DNA from: Nitrospirota bacterium
GTDB lineage: Bacteria; Nitrospirota; Nitrospiria; Nitrospirales; Nitrospiraceae
NCBI GenBank assembly: GCA_026387615.1
Contig: JAPLLI010000064.1
Span: 1 to 58,162 of the forward strand
Direction of reading: 5' to 3'
Length of the DNA stretch: 58,162 nucleotides
Position numbers and translations under genes: made by a program. The first letter of the stretch is position 1; the number at the start of each line of letters is the position of its first letter. The notes beneath the pieces were generated by a model. The model was not told where the DNA came from. It made no database searches and saw only the letters and a list, made by a program, of their open reading frames with translations. Shown one piece after another: positions 16,929 to 24,996 of this stretch.

Positions 16929-17340
16929 TGAGTAATCGGTGATGGGTGATCAGTGGGCGGACCGTACGCACACACAAAGATCTCGAGGTTTGGAAGAGGG
17001 CTATGGATTTGGCTTCACATACATATTCGCTTACGCTGCAGTTTCCCAAAGAAGAACTCTACGGGTTAACCTCGCAGGTCAGACGCTCCGCCGTTTCGAT
17101 ACCAAGTAATATCGCGGAAGGCGCGGCCAGACATTCCAGAAAAGAATTTATCCAGTTTCTTCACATCGCTTCGGGGTCGGTTGCTGAACTCGAGACGCAA
17201 CTTCTTTTGGCCATACGACTAGGGTTCATTTCTGGTGACAGCGTGATGTCCCATATTGAGGAAGTCAGAAAATTGCTCCTTGGCCTACTCCGTTCGCTGA
17301 AAAAGAAACCCATCACTCATCACTCACCACCCATCACCAC
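16925..17340. mobile_element. Family-1 hairpin split by about 350 nt that encodes a four-helix-bundle protein (candidate cargo-bearing form of the repeat)
   Basis: Left arm 16925-16955 gtgatgagtaatcggtgatgggtgatcagtg; right arm 17309-17340 cccatcactcatcactcaccacccatcaccac. The interior is visibly lower in G+C. Confidence 0.45.
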
Positions 17341-17350
17341 ACCATTATGA
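16946..17350 (+). CDS. Four-helix-bundle protein (23S rRNA intervening-sequence protein family, TIGR02436-like)
   Basis: DLEVWKRAMDL...YGLTSQVRRSAVSIPSNIAEGAARHS.KEFIQFLHIASGSVAELETQL is the family signature. The only in-frame start (GTG 16946) lies inside the left repeat arm. Confidence 0.85.
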   Translation: MISGRTVRTHKDLEVWKRAMDLASHTYSLTLQFPKEELYGLTSQVRRSAVSIPSNIAEGAARHSRKEFIQFLHIASGSVAELETQLLLAIRLGFISGDSVMSHIEEVRKLLLGLLRSLKKKPITHHSPPITTPL

Positions 17351-17634
17351 GCATCGAACATATCTGGCTCGCCATCGGATTCCTCGGCCAAGGGCTGTTC
17401 TTCGGCCGCTGGGTCATCCAATGGATTGCCTCTGAGCGAAAGGCCGAGAGCCAGGTCCCGGTCGCCTTTTGGTACATGAGTTTGATCGGCGGACTCATCA
17501 CCCTGGCCTATGCGATCTATCGCAAAGACCCGGTCTTCATCGCGGGCCAGAGCATCGGATCCATCGTCTATATTCGCAACCTGACCCTGATTGCTCGGGC
17601 AACCCAAGCCGGCCCGGTGAAAGGTGATCGGTGA
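17347..17634 (+). CDS. Lipid-A-disaccharide synthase N-terminal domain (LAB_N) small membrane protein
   Basis: WLAIGFLGQGLFFGRWVIQWIASERKAES.VPVAFWYMSLIGG..LAYAIYRKDPVFI pattern. ATGA overlap with the preceding ORF. Confidence 0.75.
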   Translation: MSIEHIWLAIGFLGQGLFFGRWVIQWIASERKAESQVPVAFWYMSLIGGLITLAYAIYRKDPVFIAGQSIGSIVYIRNLTLIARATQAGPVKGDR

Positions 17635-17706
17635 TGGGTGACCTGCATGATCCAACTCCCGGCCCCTTACCTGTGACGCATCACCCATCATTCATCACAC
17701 GTCACC
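17616..17706. repeat. Family-1 heptamer hairpin spanning the LAB_N stop and the ArnT-like start
   Basis: Left arm ggtgaaaggtgatcggtgatgggtgacc, right arm gtgacgcatcacccatcattcatcacacgtcacc. Confidence 0.8.
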
Positions 17707-19439
17707 TGCCTCTCCTCGCGCTCCTGGCTCTATCGGGGCTGCTGTTCTTTCTGGGGCTCGGCGACATGGGCTTGACCGACCGTGACGAGGGGAGAAACGC
17801 CGAAGCAGGACGGGAAATGTTCGAATCGGGGGATCGCCTGACGCCGACGTTCAACGGCGAGCTGCGCGTGGCAAAGCCGGTCTTTCTCTATTGGTTGATG
17901 GATCGGTCCTATCGCCTGTTCGGCGTCAACGAATTCGCCGCACGATTCCCCTCGGCCCTCTTCGGGGTCGGCTTGATCCTGCTCCATTACCTGTTTCTTG
18001 CACACCAGCGGGACCGAACCATCGCCATCTTCGGCTCCTTGATGCTCCTGCTCAACCTGGAAATCCTCGGGCTCGGTCGCATGGCGCTGACCGACAGTGT
18101 CCTGATTTTCTTCACCACGGCAGCCCTCTATGGGTTCTGGCTGGGACTGCATGGTGAAGGGGCCATGCGCCGATGGATCTGGGCCTTCTACATCGGCATG
18201 GCCCTCGCCACCCTGACGAAGGGACCGGTCGGGTTCGCCATCCCCCTCATCGTCGCGGCGATCTACCTGACCTGGACCAGCCGGTGGCGGAACTATTGGC
18301 AACAGGGCGCCCCCCTTGCCGGCATGGCCCTGTTCCTCCTGCTGGCCGCCCCCTGGTATGGCGCCATGTTTTATATCCACGGTGACGCCTATGCCTCCGG
18401 CGCCAAGGCCAATACGATCGGACGATTCCTCAGTCCGATGGAAGGCCACCACGGGACCATCTTCTTCTATCTCCCGGTCCTGCTCATCGGCTTCTTTCCC
18501 TGGAGCGCGCTCCTTCCTGTTCCGCTCTATCGCACGCTCAGGGACTGGCGTCGCGACAAGGAAATATCCCGCTATCCCGCTACCCCGCTACCCCACTCTG
18601 ATACCCCCTACCTCTCTACCCCGGCTCGAGAACTCGACCTCTTTGCCGCACTGTGGGTCGTTGGCGTTTTTGTATTTTTCACGGCCTCCTCGACGCGCCT
18701 GCCCCACTATATCGGGCCCCTGTTTCCCGCCGCCGCCCTCTTGACCGCCTCCTACTGGTCCCGCTGCTTGCAAGACCCGGCCACGAAAGGGATTCGCGGC
18801 TCCATTCACCTCATGACGGGGCTGGGCTATCTCTTGGCCATCGGCTTCGCCTGCCTCCCCACGCTCTACGCCAACTACGCGACCAAGATGGTGAAAGAGT
18901 TCCCCCTGGCAGGACAAGTGGGAGTCGGCATCGCTCCCTATCTGGCGACCGCCGTGCTGTTACTGGGAATGGCGCTTGTGGGCTATCTTGGATTGAACGA
19001 GGAACGGCGCGGAGGCGCCTTTTGGGCAGCGGGAGCCACCTTGGCCGGTCTGGTCCTGATCGTCATCGTGATCGCGACGCCCCATATCAACCGCTATGTG
19101 ATCGCGCCCCCGCAAGAGCTCGCTTATGCAGCAGGACTGAACTTGGAGCCCCAGGATCAGTTCATCGCCTATGGGGTAACGAGACCCTCCTCCGTTTTTT
19201 ACGCGAAACGCAAAACGCTCTTTGTGCCATTTGGGGAAGAGGACAAGATACGAGCGGCACTGAAGGAGCCGAGAAGAGTGATGATCTTGCTGCCGGAAAG
19301 CGCACAGGCGAAGTTGCCGGAGGAAGCAGTCGGGCTGGTTCCCCTGCTCAAACGCTATGGGTACATGCTGCTGGCCAATCAGCCCATGGTGACGATCCCG
19401 GGAAATGCCCCGAAGCCGCCCACCATTTTCGGCCACTAG
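17631..19439 (+). CDS. ArnT/PMT-like (GT39/GT83) polyprenyl-phosphate-sugar-dependent glycosyltransferase
   Basis: Multi-TM protein with DRDEGRNAEAGREM and RVAKPVFLYWLM loop-1 motifs typical of the ArnT/PMT_2 family. The first ~25 codons are repeat-encoded. Confidence 0.85.
   Translation: MMGDLHDPTPGPLPVTHHPSFITRHLPLLALLALSGLLFFLGLGDMGLTDRDEGRNAEAGREMFESGDRLTPTFNGELRVAKPVFLYWLMDRSYRLFGVNEFAARFPSALFGVGLILLHYLFLAHQRDRTIAIFGSLMLLLNLEILGLGRMALTDSVLIFFTTAALYGFWLGLHGEGAMRRWIWAFYIGMALATLTKGPVGFAIPLIVAAIYLTWTSRWRNYWQQGAPLAGMALFLLLAAPWYGAMFYIHGDAYASGAKANTIGRFLSPMEGHHGTIFFYLPVLLIGFFPWSALLPVPLYRTLRDWRRDKEISRYPATPLPHSDTPYLSTPARELDLFAALWVVGVFVFFTASSTRLPHYIGPLFPAAALLTASYWSRCLQDPATKGIRGSIHLMTGLGYLLAIGFACLPTLYANYATKMVKEFPLAGQVGVGIAPYLATAVLLLGMALVGYLGLNEERRGGAFWAAGATLAGLVLIVIVIATPHINRYVIAPPQELAYAAGLNLEPQDQFIAYGVTRPSSVFYAKRKTLFVPFGEEDKIRAALKEPRRVMILLPESAQAKLPEEAVGLVPLLKRYGYMLLANQPMVTIPGNAPKPPTIFGH
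18564..18623. repeat. TAYCCC(G)C-type short tandem tract, in-frame inside the ArnT-like CDS
   Basis: atatcccgctatcccgctaccccgctaccccactctgatacccctacctctctaccccgg, translated as EISRYPATPLPHSDTPYLSTP. It resembles the family-5 arm. Confidence 0.55.
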
Positions 19440-19454
19440 CAGAATAGCCGCGGG

Positions 19455-19520
19455 GAGGTTCGAGGTTCGAGGTTTTCGGAACTTCGAACCATGAACTTCG
19501 AACCATGAACTTCGAACCTC
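19455..19520. repeat. Family-3 heptamer hairpin (GAGGTTC / GAACYWY arms) between convergent genes
   Basis: gaggttcgaggttcgaggttttcg followed by gaacttcgaaccatgaacttcgaaccatgaacttcgaacctc. Confidence 0.8.
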
Positions 19521-19531
19521 TGGCGTCACGC

Positions 19532-20647
19532 CTACATCGGCACAAGACCCTTCAAAAGATAACTCGCCACCAACACTAACAACACCGCCGCGACAAACAA
19601 ACCCTCCGCCACGACAGTCCGTCCCCCTACGGGAGTATCTGCCATGGGCAAGTCCTGACCATGGAGCCCCTCCAGCCAATGGGCCACTGAAACGAACAGC
19701 ACCGCCGTCATGACAAACAGAGAGCCGGTCGTCATCCCTAGGCCCAGTCCCATGAGCGAGCGAGTCAGAGACCCGGATAACCAGGCTGGCCGCCATGAGG
19801 ATCGCATCGTCCACACAACATGGCCGACTAGTCCCGCCAGGGTAAGCACCCCGCCGCCGCACACAAACGATTGCGCAATCCAGCCATTCGACGGAAGCTG
19901 CGCGATCGTCCAGACGAACGCCAGCGTCACCACGAAAAATGGCACGATCCGGCAAACGGCGGTCCTGGCCGCAGCGCGCCATTCGCGCCAGGGATGGATA
20001 CCAATCATGCCCATGACGCAACCGAGCGCCGCCCCTCCTGCCACGTCGGTCGGATAATGAGACCCGCGAAACACCCGACTGGCGGCAATGGCCATTGCCA
20101 CAGAGAACAACAGCCATCTCGCTCGTGGAAACTTTGCAGCGAGCACTGTGGCCACCGCGAACGATGCGGCCGCATGACCGGACGGAAACGAGTCCCACCC
20201 GCTCCCGCTGACAGGAGAGAATTCGAAGTTGTCCGTATCCATGAACTTGGGGCGGGGACGGCCAATCGTATGTTTTAAAATCGTCGCGACCACCGCCACG
20301 AGACCGTGCGCCATGAGACTCTGCCTGCCTGCGTCTTTCCACTGCTGGCGTTTCAATCCATACCCGACCGCCAGCAACAGAAGACTCAGGATCACCAGCG
20401 ACTCCCCCTTGCCGAGGCGGTCACCGAGATCGCTGAACAGAACCAGCCAGGGGTTGGGGACAGAACCGACCGGCAGATAGAGGGAACGAACAAACCTGGC
20501 CAGAGGCAGGTCCCACTCAAACAGGCCCACGAACACGAGGAGGAGGGCGACGCACGAAAAAACAAGCGGCGCGTGACGAGTGATCAGTGACGGGTGATGA
20601 GCGGTCGAGACAGGATCTCGATCGTGGCTATGCTCATCACTCATCAC
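19532..20647 (-). CDS. PAP2-family membrane phosphatase (lipid phosphate phosphatase, LpxE/F- or UppP-like role possible)
   Basis: KHTIGRPRP, PSGHAAASFA and SRVFRGSHYPTDV are the three PAP2 motifs. It has a long multi-TM C-terminal extension. The GTG start and first ~25 codons are repeat-encoded. Confidence 0.8.
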   Translation of the reverse strand: MMSDEHSHDRDPVSTAHHPSLITRHAPLVFSCVALLLVFVGLFEWDLPLARFVRSLYLPVGSVPNPWLVLFSDLGDRLGKGESLVILSLLLLAVGYGLKRQQWKDAGRQSLMAHGLVAVVATILKHTIGRPRPKFMDTDNFEFSPVSGSGWDSFPSGHAAASFAVATVLAAKFPRARWLLFSVAMAIAASRVFRGSHYPTDVAGGAALGCVMGMIGIHPWREWRAAARTAVCRIVPFFVVTLAFVWTIAQLPSNGWIAQSFVCGGGVLTLAGLVGHVVWTMRSSWRPAWLSGSLTRSLMGLGLGMTTGSLFVMTAVLFVSVAHWLEGLHGQDLPMADTPVGGRTVVAEGLFVAAVLLVLVASYLLKGLVPM

Positions 20648-20663
20648 TGATCACCCTTCACTG
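20573..20663. repeat. Family-1 heptamer hairpin overlapping the PAP2 start
   Basis: Left arm gtgacgagtgatcagtgacgggtgatgag, right arm gctcatcactcatcactgatcacccttcactg. Confidence 0.8.
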
Positions 20664-20676
20664 TTTCAGCATCCGG

Positions 20677-21804
20677 CTAGGGCACCCAGTCGGCGAGAAA
20701 CACGTTGAACTCACCGGGCGACTTCGCATGGCGATCCGACACCCAGACCAGGCTCGCGCCATCAGGCGAGAACATGGGGAAACTATTAAATTGTCCGTCG
20801 AAGGTAAGTCGTTCGAGGCCTTGGCCGTCCTCACCGATCGCGTACAAGTGAAAACTGGGCTTGCCCCCCTCACCTTTCGTCTCAAGGTTCGAGGAGAACA
20901 TGATTCGCTTGCCATCGTGAAAATAGAACGGCGAGAAATTCGACGCGCCGTTCGACGTCACCTGTCGCTTGCCGCTGCCGTCCGCATTCATCACGAAAAT
21001 TTCAAGCTGCCCCGGCTCCACCAGCTTCTGCTTGAGCAAGTCCTGGTACTTCGCGATCTCCGCCGGATCGGTCGGATGCGACGCCCGATAGACAATCTTC
21101 TTACTGTCCGGCGAAAAAAAGGCTCCGCCGTCGTAGCCGATCTCGTTCGTCAACCGCCGGGCCCTCGAGCCGTCCAGATTCATGGCATAGATATCCAGGT
21201 CCCCGTCTTTGACGGACGTCCAGACGATCGTCTTGCCGTCCGGCGACACCGTGGCTTCCGCATCGTATCCGGACGAAGACGTCAGCCGCTGCATCTCCTG
21301 CCCGTCGAGACGCACGGCATAGAGATCATAATCATCCAGAGCCCAACGATAGGCCCCCTCCCGCTTCGGCTTCGGCGGACAGTTCGGCCCGGTGGCATAG
21401 GTCGAGGAATAGAGCACGCGGCGATCCCCGGGGAAAAAGAATCCGCACGTCGTGGCACCCGTGCCGGTACTCACCAATCGAACCGTGTCGCTTTCCAGAT
21501 CCATCACGTACATCTGATAACAACCCAGCCCGTCTCCGGCCGGTGAAAGCGTGGCCGCGAAGGTATCCTTCGCCCAATTATTCGTGGACTGGAAAATCAA
21601 TTTGTTCCCGCTAAAGGAAAAATAGGCTTCGGCATTCTGCCGGCCTACCGTCAGCTGACGAATATTCTTCAGATGCCGTTCTGCCTGGTGAGCGGGAACC
21701 ACGCGAGCCTTCACAGCAGGGCTCTCCGCCTGGCTCGGCTGCTCACAGAGCAACAAACCGATCAGTCCGATCATGCACCACTTACCGAATGGGATTGCTG
21801 GCAT
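20677..21804 (-). CDS. Periplasmic PD40/WD40-like beta-propeller protein (TolB-like)
   Basis: Repeated SPDGK.IV(W/Y/F) PD40 motifs. Start trimmed to ATG 21804, which gives the signal-like MPAIPFGKWCMIGLIGLLLCEQPSQA. Confidence 0.75.
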   Translation of the reverse strand: MPAIPFGKWCMIGLIGLLLCEQPSQAESPAVKARVVPAHQAERHLKNIRQLTVGRQNAEAYFSFSGNKLIFQSTNNWAKDTFAATLSPAGDGLGCYQMYVMDLESDTVRLVSTGTGATTCGFFFPGDRRVLYSSTYATGPNCPPKPKREGAYRWALDDYDLYAVRLDGQEMQRLTSSSGYDAEATVSPDGKTIVWTSVKDGDLDIYAMNLDGSRARRLTNEIGYDGGAFFSPDSKKIVYRASHPTDPAEIAKYQDLLKQKLVEPGQLEIFVMNADGSGKRQVTSNGASNFSPFYFHDGKRIMFSSNLETKGEGGKPSFHLYAIGEDGQGLERLTFDGQFNSFPMFSPDGASLVWVSDRHAKSPGEFNVFLADWVP

Positions 21805-24004
21805 CGAGACGCACCTCCGTACGATCACTCGCGAGTGGCCACTGAACACTATTCCATCCGTAAAAAAAGAGCAGCCGCGCCACCTTCGCGACCGCCTGTG
21901 GCGCGGCCGCATACAGCACCGTCACCACGCTGCCAAGGCGATCCGCCCTGTGACAACTGGCCAACAGGGCCAGCCCCGGCCCCTCATGCGCCGCCCCCAT
22001 CACGGTCATACCTGTATCGCTCAGGACTACGCGCTCACCGCAATATTTGGTCAGGATCGCTTGAATAGCCGAACGGGATTCAGGCCCGCCCAATACTAGC
22101 ACCGAACCTTCCTGAGGTAACAGCCCATCAGGAGCCAGCGAAGCGATCACGGTCCGGTCATCGAGCGGCTGCTGACTCTCCTGGGCCTCGATGCGCGTCA
22201 CCAGGTCTCGAAACGGCGACAGGTGGTCCGGCCCATCAGTAAAGGCCGTCAGCACCGAGCGCCGCCGGTCGGTGACATAGTGATTCAGCACCGGCGGCAA
22301 CGAGTGCCGGGCGATCCGCCGGAAGGCCATGAAATCCGGATCCAGCTCCACCGAGATCGGTCGCGCTGGCACGGTCAGGGAGATCGGCTCGCGCCGCTCA
22401 CGGAGCGGCACGGTCATGACCTGCTTCCGGTCTCCCTCCATGCGAATCAACAGTTGCAAGGGGAAACGAAAGGACTTGCCGGATTGGACGATCGTGGTCT
22501 CAAGCTGAAAGGTCTGTTCCGATGCTCCAGCCACCGGGTAGGCCAGGGCCTCCGACAACGATACTGTCGGCGCTCCATCCCGCTCTACCCATTGCGTGAA
22601 AAACCAGCGGAGATCCTGACCGCTTTCTTCCGCAAAGACCCGCTCAAGATCGCGCCATTCTGCATGTGTGCCGCGATACTGTACCACCAGAGTCTTCAAG
22701 GCCCGCCAAAACGGCTCCTCCCCCACCTCCTGACGCAGCAGGTGAAAGAGCATGGAAGATTTTTGATAACCGATGGCATTGTCATGCTCATCCTGTTTCT
22801 GCGTGAACTGTCCAACCGGATAGTCCCGCTCAGGCGGCACATGGAGATTGTAGCCCTGCACCATCAGCCTGCGTTGGTCCCGCGCCTGCGCCTGACCTCC
22901 CGCCAGTTCGTGCCAATAATAATTGGCCAGGTAGGTCGTCAGGCCCTCCACCCAATTCCCGCGATCGATCCGATTGAACACCGCGTTGCCGATCCAGGAA
23001 TGCACAATCTCGTGGCCGAGCGCGTAGGGCTGCACATAATGCCGCTTGATGACGCCGCTCCCCAGCAGAGTAAACGAGGGCATGCCGAGACCGCTCGCAA
23101 AGAAATTCTCCACCACCGCGAACTTCTCGAAGGGGTAGGAGCCCAGCAGGGGGATATAGGCGTCCAGGTAGCGTGCGGTGGCCTCAAGATATTCCTCGGC
23201 CAGATGCGCATCATCGGGAAAGAGATAGGTCGAGAGCTGAATCTTCTGACCGGTCTTGGCAGTCCAATCGCGAACCGTTGCAATAAATCTATTCGCGACG
23301 AGCGTGACTGCCTCGCTCGGCTGCGCCACCACCCATTCCGTCAGCACCATCTGGTCGTTGCGGCAGAGTTCGGCGGGACAGACGCGGGATTCGCCCGCAT
23401 TCCCTTGGGTCACGGCAGTCCAACCGGATGGCACGGCAACCAGCAGCCGATAGGTGCTGAGCGATTCCGTGACATCCGGATACCAATGGCTCTCGCTGCT
23501 CACATAGACGCCTTCCGGCCCGATATGTCCGGCCGTCTCGCTGGGCGTCACAAAACGCAGATGGCGCGGATCTCGCGGCAGATCGTTGATGAGGCCATGG
23601 TAATGGACATCCAGCCTCACCAGCCCGACAGGCACGACCTGCGACGGGATCGTGATCTGTTGGGGCGACTCAGGAACGGAACCATGTTTGAGCTCAAACG
23701 GCAGATCGTACAGCAGAGCCTCTGCCCCGGCCGCTTCTGGCACCAGCGCAATACGGTCGATCTGGAGCGTGGATGAAAGGGATAAACGGATCGGAGCCTG
23801 GGACTGCGGCACAGCAAGGGTCAGCCGGTCCTTGGCGATGAGCAGATGTTGTTCGGGAACGATCTGGACGAACAGCTCATGATGGATAATGACGACTTGC
23901 GCTGTGACCTGGTCTGCGGCGCTGGCTAGACCGGGAGTACTGTGGCTGAAAAGTACGAAAAGAAAGAAACAGGCAAAAGAGACAGTCCTACGTCTGATTG
24001 ACAT
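21782..24004 (-). CDS. M1-family (gluzincin) aminopeptidase, secreted
   Basis: HEIVHSWIGN followed 18 residues later by E in WVEGLTTY (HExxH-X18-E). Start trimmed to ATG 24004, which gives a signal peptide. Confidence 0.85.
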   Translation of the reverse strand: MSIRRRTVSFACFFLFVLFSHSTPGLASAADQVTAQVVIIHHELFVQIVPEQHLLIAKDRLTLAVPQSQAPIRLSLSSTLQIDRIALVPEAAGAEALLYDLPFELKHGSVPESPQQITIPSQVVPVGLVRLDVHYHGLINDLPRDPRHLRFVTPSETAGHIGPEGVYVSSESHWYPDVTESLSTYRLLVAVPSGWTAVTQGNAGESRVCPAELCRNDQMVLTEWVVAQPSEAVTLVANRFIATVRDWTAKTGQKIQLSTYLFPDDAHLAEEYLEATARYLDAYIPLLGSYPFEKFAVVENFFASGLGMPSFTLLGSGVIKRHYVQPYALGHEIVHSWIGNAVFNRIDRGNWVEGLTTYLANYYWHELAGGQAQARDQRRLMVQGYNLHVPPERDYPVGQFTQKQDEHDNAIGYQKSSMLFHLLRQEVGEEPFWRALKTLVVQYRGTHAEWRDLERVFAEESGQDLRWFFTQWVERDGAPTVSLSEALAYPVAGASEQTFQLETTIVQSGKSFRFPLQLLIRMEGDRKQVMTVPLRERREPISLTVPARPISVELDPDFMAFRRIARHSLPPVLNHYVTDRRRSVLTAFTDGPDHLSPFRDLVTRIEAQESQQPLDDRTVIASLAPDGLLPQEGSVLVLGGPESRSAIQAILTKYCGERVVLSDTGMTVMGAAHEGPGLALLASCHRADRLGSVVTVLYAAAPQAVAKVARLLFFYGWNSVQWPLASDRTEVRLDASNPIR

Positions 24005-24053
24005 TGAACGGGTTTTAGCATTCGCGGCGGGCGAGCACAAGCTGGAGCACCTA

Positions 24054-24992
24054 CTATACCGAGGCTGTGGCTGATGGGCCGATCAGCGCGTCCACAAAGG
24101 CTTCACTCTGGAAATCCTGAAGATCCTCGACGGACTCCCCGACTCCGATCAGCCGCACGGGCAGCTTGAGTTCTTCGGCGATCGCAACGACGATCCCGCC
24201 GCGCGCGGTGCCGTCGAGCTTCGTCAGGACCAACCCGGTCACGCCGACCGTCTGATGGAATTGACGGGCTTGCGCCAGCGCGTTCTGCCCGACCGTGGCA
24301 TCCAGCACGAGAAGTACTTCGTGCGGCGCACCGGGACATTCCTGGGCGATGACACGCGTGATCTTGCGCAGTTCGTCCATGAGGTTGGATTTCGTATGGA
24401 GCCGGCCTGCCGTATCGATGAGGACCACATCCATCTGCCTGGCTTTTGCGGCAGCAATCCCGTCAAACGCGACAGCGGCAGGATCGGAGCCATGGCGGTG
24501 ACGAATCACATTGACGCCGACCCGGTCGGCCCAGACCTGCAGTTGATCGATGGCCGCTGCGCGAAAGGTATCGGCCGCCACCAGCAAGGGCACCTTTCCT
24601 GCCTGCACGAGCCGTTGCGCAATCTTCGCGATCGTCGTGGTCTTACCGACCCCGTTCACTCCCACCGTCAGGATGACGAAGGGCTTGGGACCTTTGGCCA
24701 GGAGAGCTTCCAACGACAGACCCTGCACCGGCGTCAGCACGTCGAGCAACGTCTCCCGCAACACGTTCTGGACCAGCCCTGCCTGCGAGGCATCGGTCCC
24801 TTGAAGCTGTTTCTTCACGCGCACCATCACTCGCTCCACGACCCGGGCACCCAGATCGGAGGCGATCAGCGCTTCCTCGAACTCTTCCAGCAGGGCCGGG
24901 TCCGCCGCACGGCCCAGCAGACGATCCAACGACCCGCGCACCACATCGCGTGTCTTGGTCAACCCCTCGCTCAGTCGCTGCAGCCATCCCAT
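24054..24992 (-). CDS. ftsY: Signal recognition particle receptor FtsY (short form, NG domain only)
   Basis: GVNGVGKTTTIAK, DTFRAAA, DTAGRLH and TKLDGTARGG motifs. Confidence 0.95.
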   Translation of the reverse strand: MGWLQRLSEGLTKTRDVVRGSLDRLLGRAADPALLEEFEEALIASDLGARVVERVMVRVKKQLQGTDASQAGLVQNVLRETLLDVLTPVQGLSLEALLAKGPKPFVILTVGVNGVGKTTTIAKIAQRLVQAGKVPLLVAADTFRAAAIDQLQVWADRVGVNVIRHRHGSDPAAVAFDGIAAAKARQMDVVLIDTAGRLHTKSNLMDELRKITRVIAQECPGAPHEVLLVLDATVGQNALAQARQFHQTVGVTGLVLTKLDGTARGGIVVAIAEELKLPVRLIGVGESVEDLQDFQSEAFVDALIGPSATASV

Positions 24993-24996
24993 CGAT

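Noticed and set aside
18960-20342. 460-aa minus-strand ORF, with other long alternative-frame or antisense ORFs (for example 222-839, 289-924, 17730-18452, 18653-19447, 20587-21546, 22223-23776, 24255-25322, 29085-29837, 32434-33333, 43067-43984, 48099-49427, 49256-50059, 50613-51404, 52078-52869, 55051-55749, 55866-56594)
   Set aside because: They lie opposite to, or out of frame with, genes that carry clear family signatures. They are Arg/Gly/Pro/Ala-rich and low in complexity, as expected for shadow ORFs in high-G+C DNA. None shows a recognisable motif.
7523-20663. Possibility that the short repeats are a CRISPR array
   Set aside because: The copies are kilobases apart rather than arrayed. 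Each is an inverted-repeat hairpin, not direct repeats with uniform spacers. No cas genes are present.
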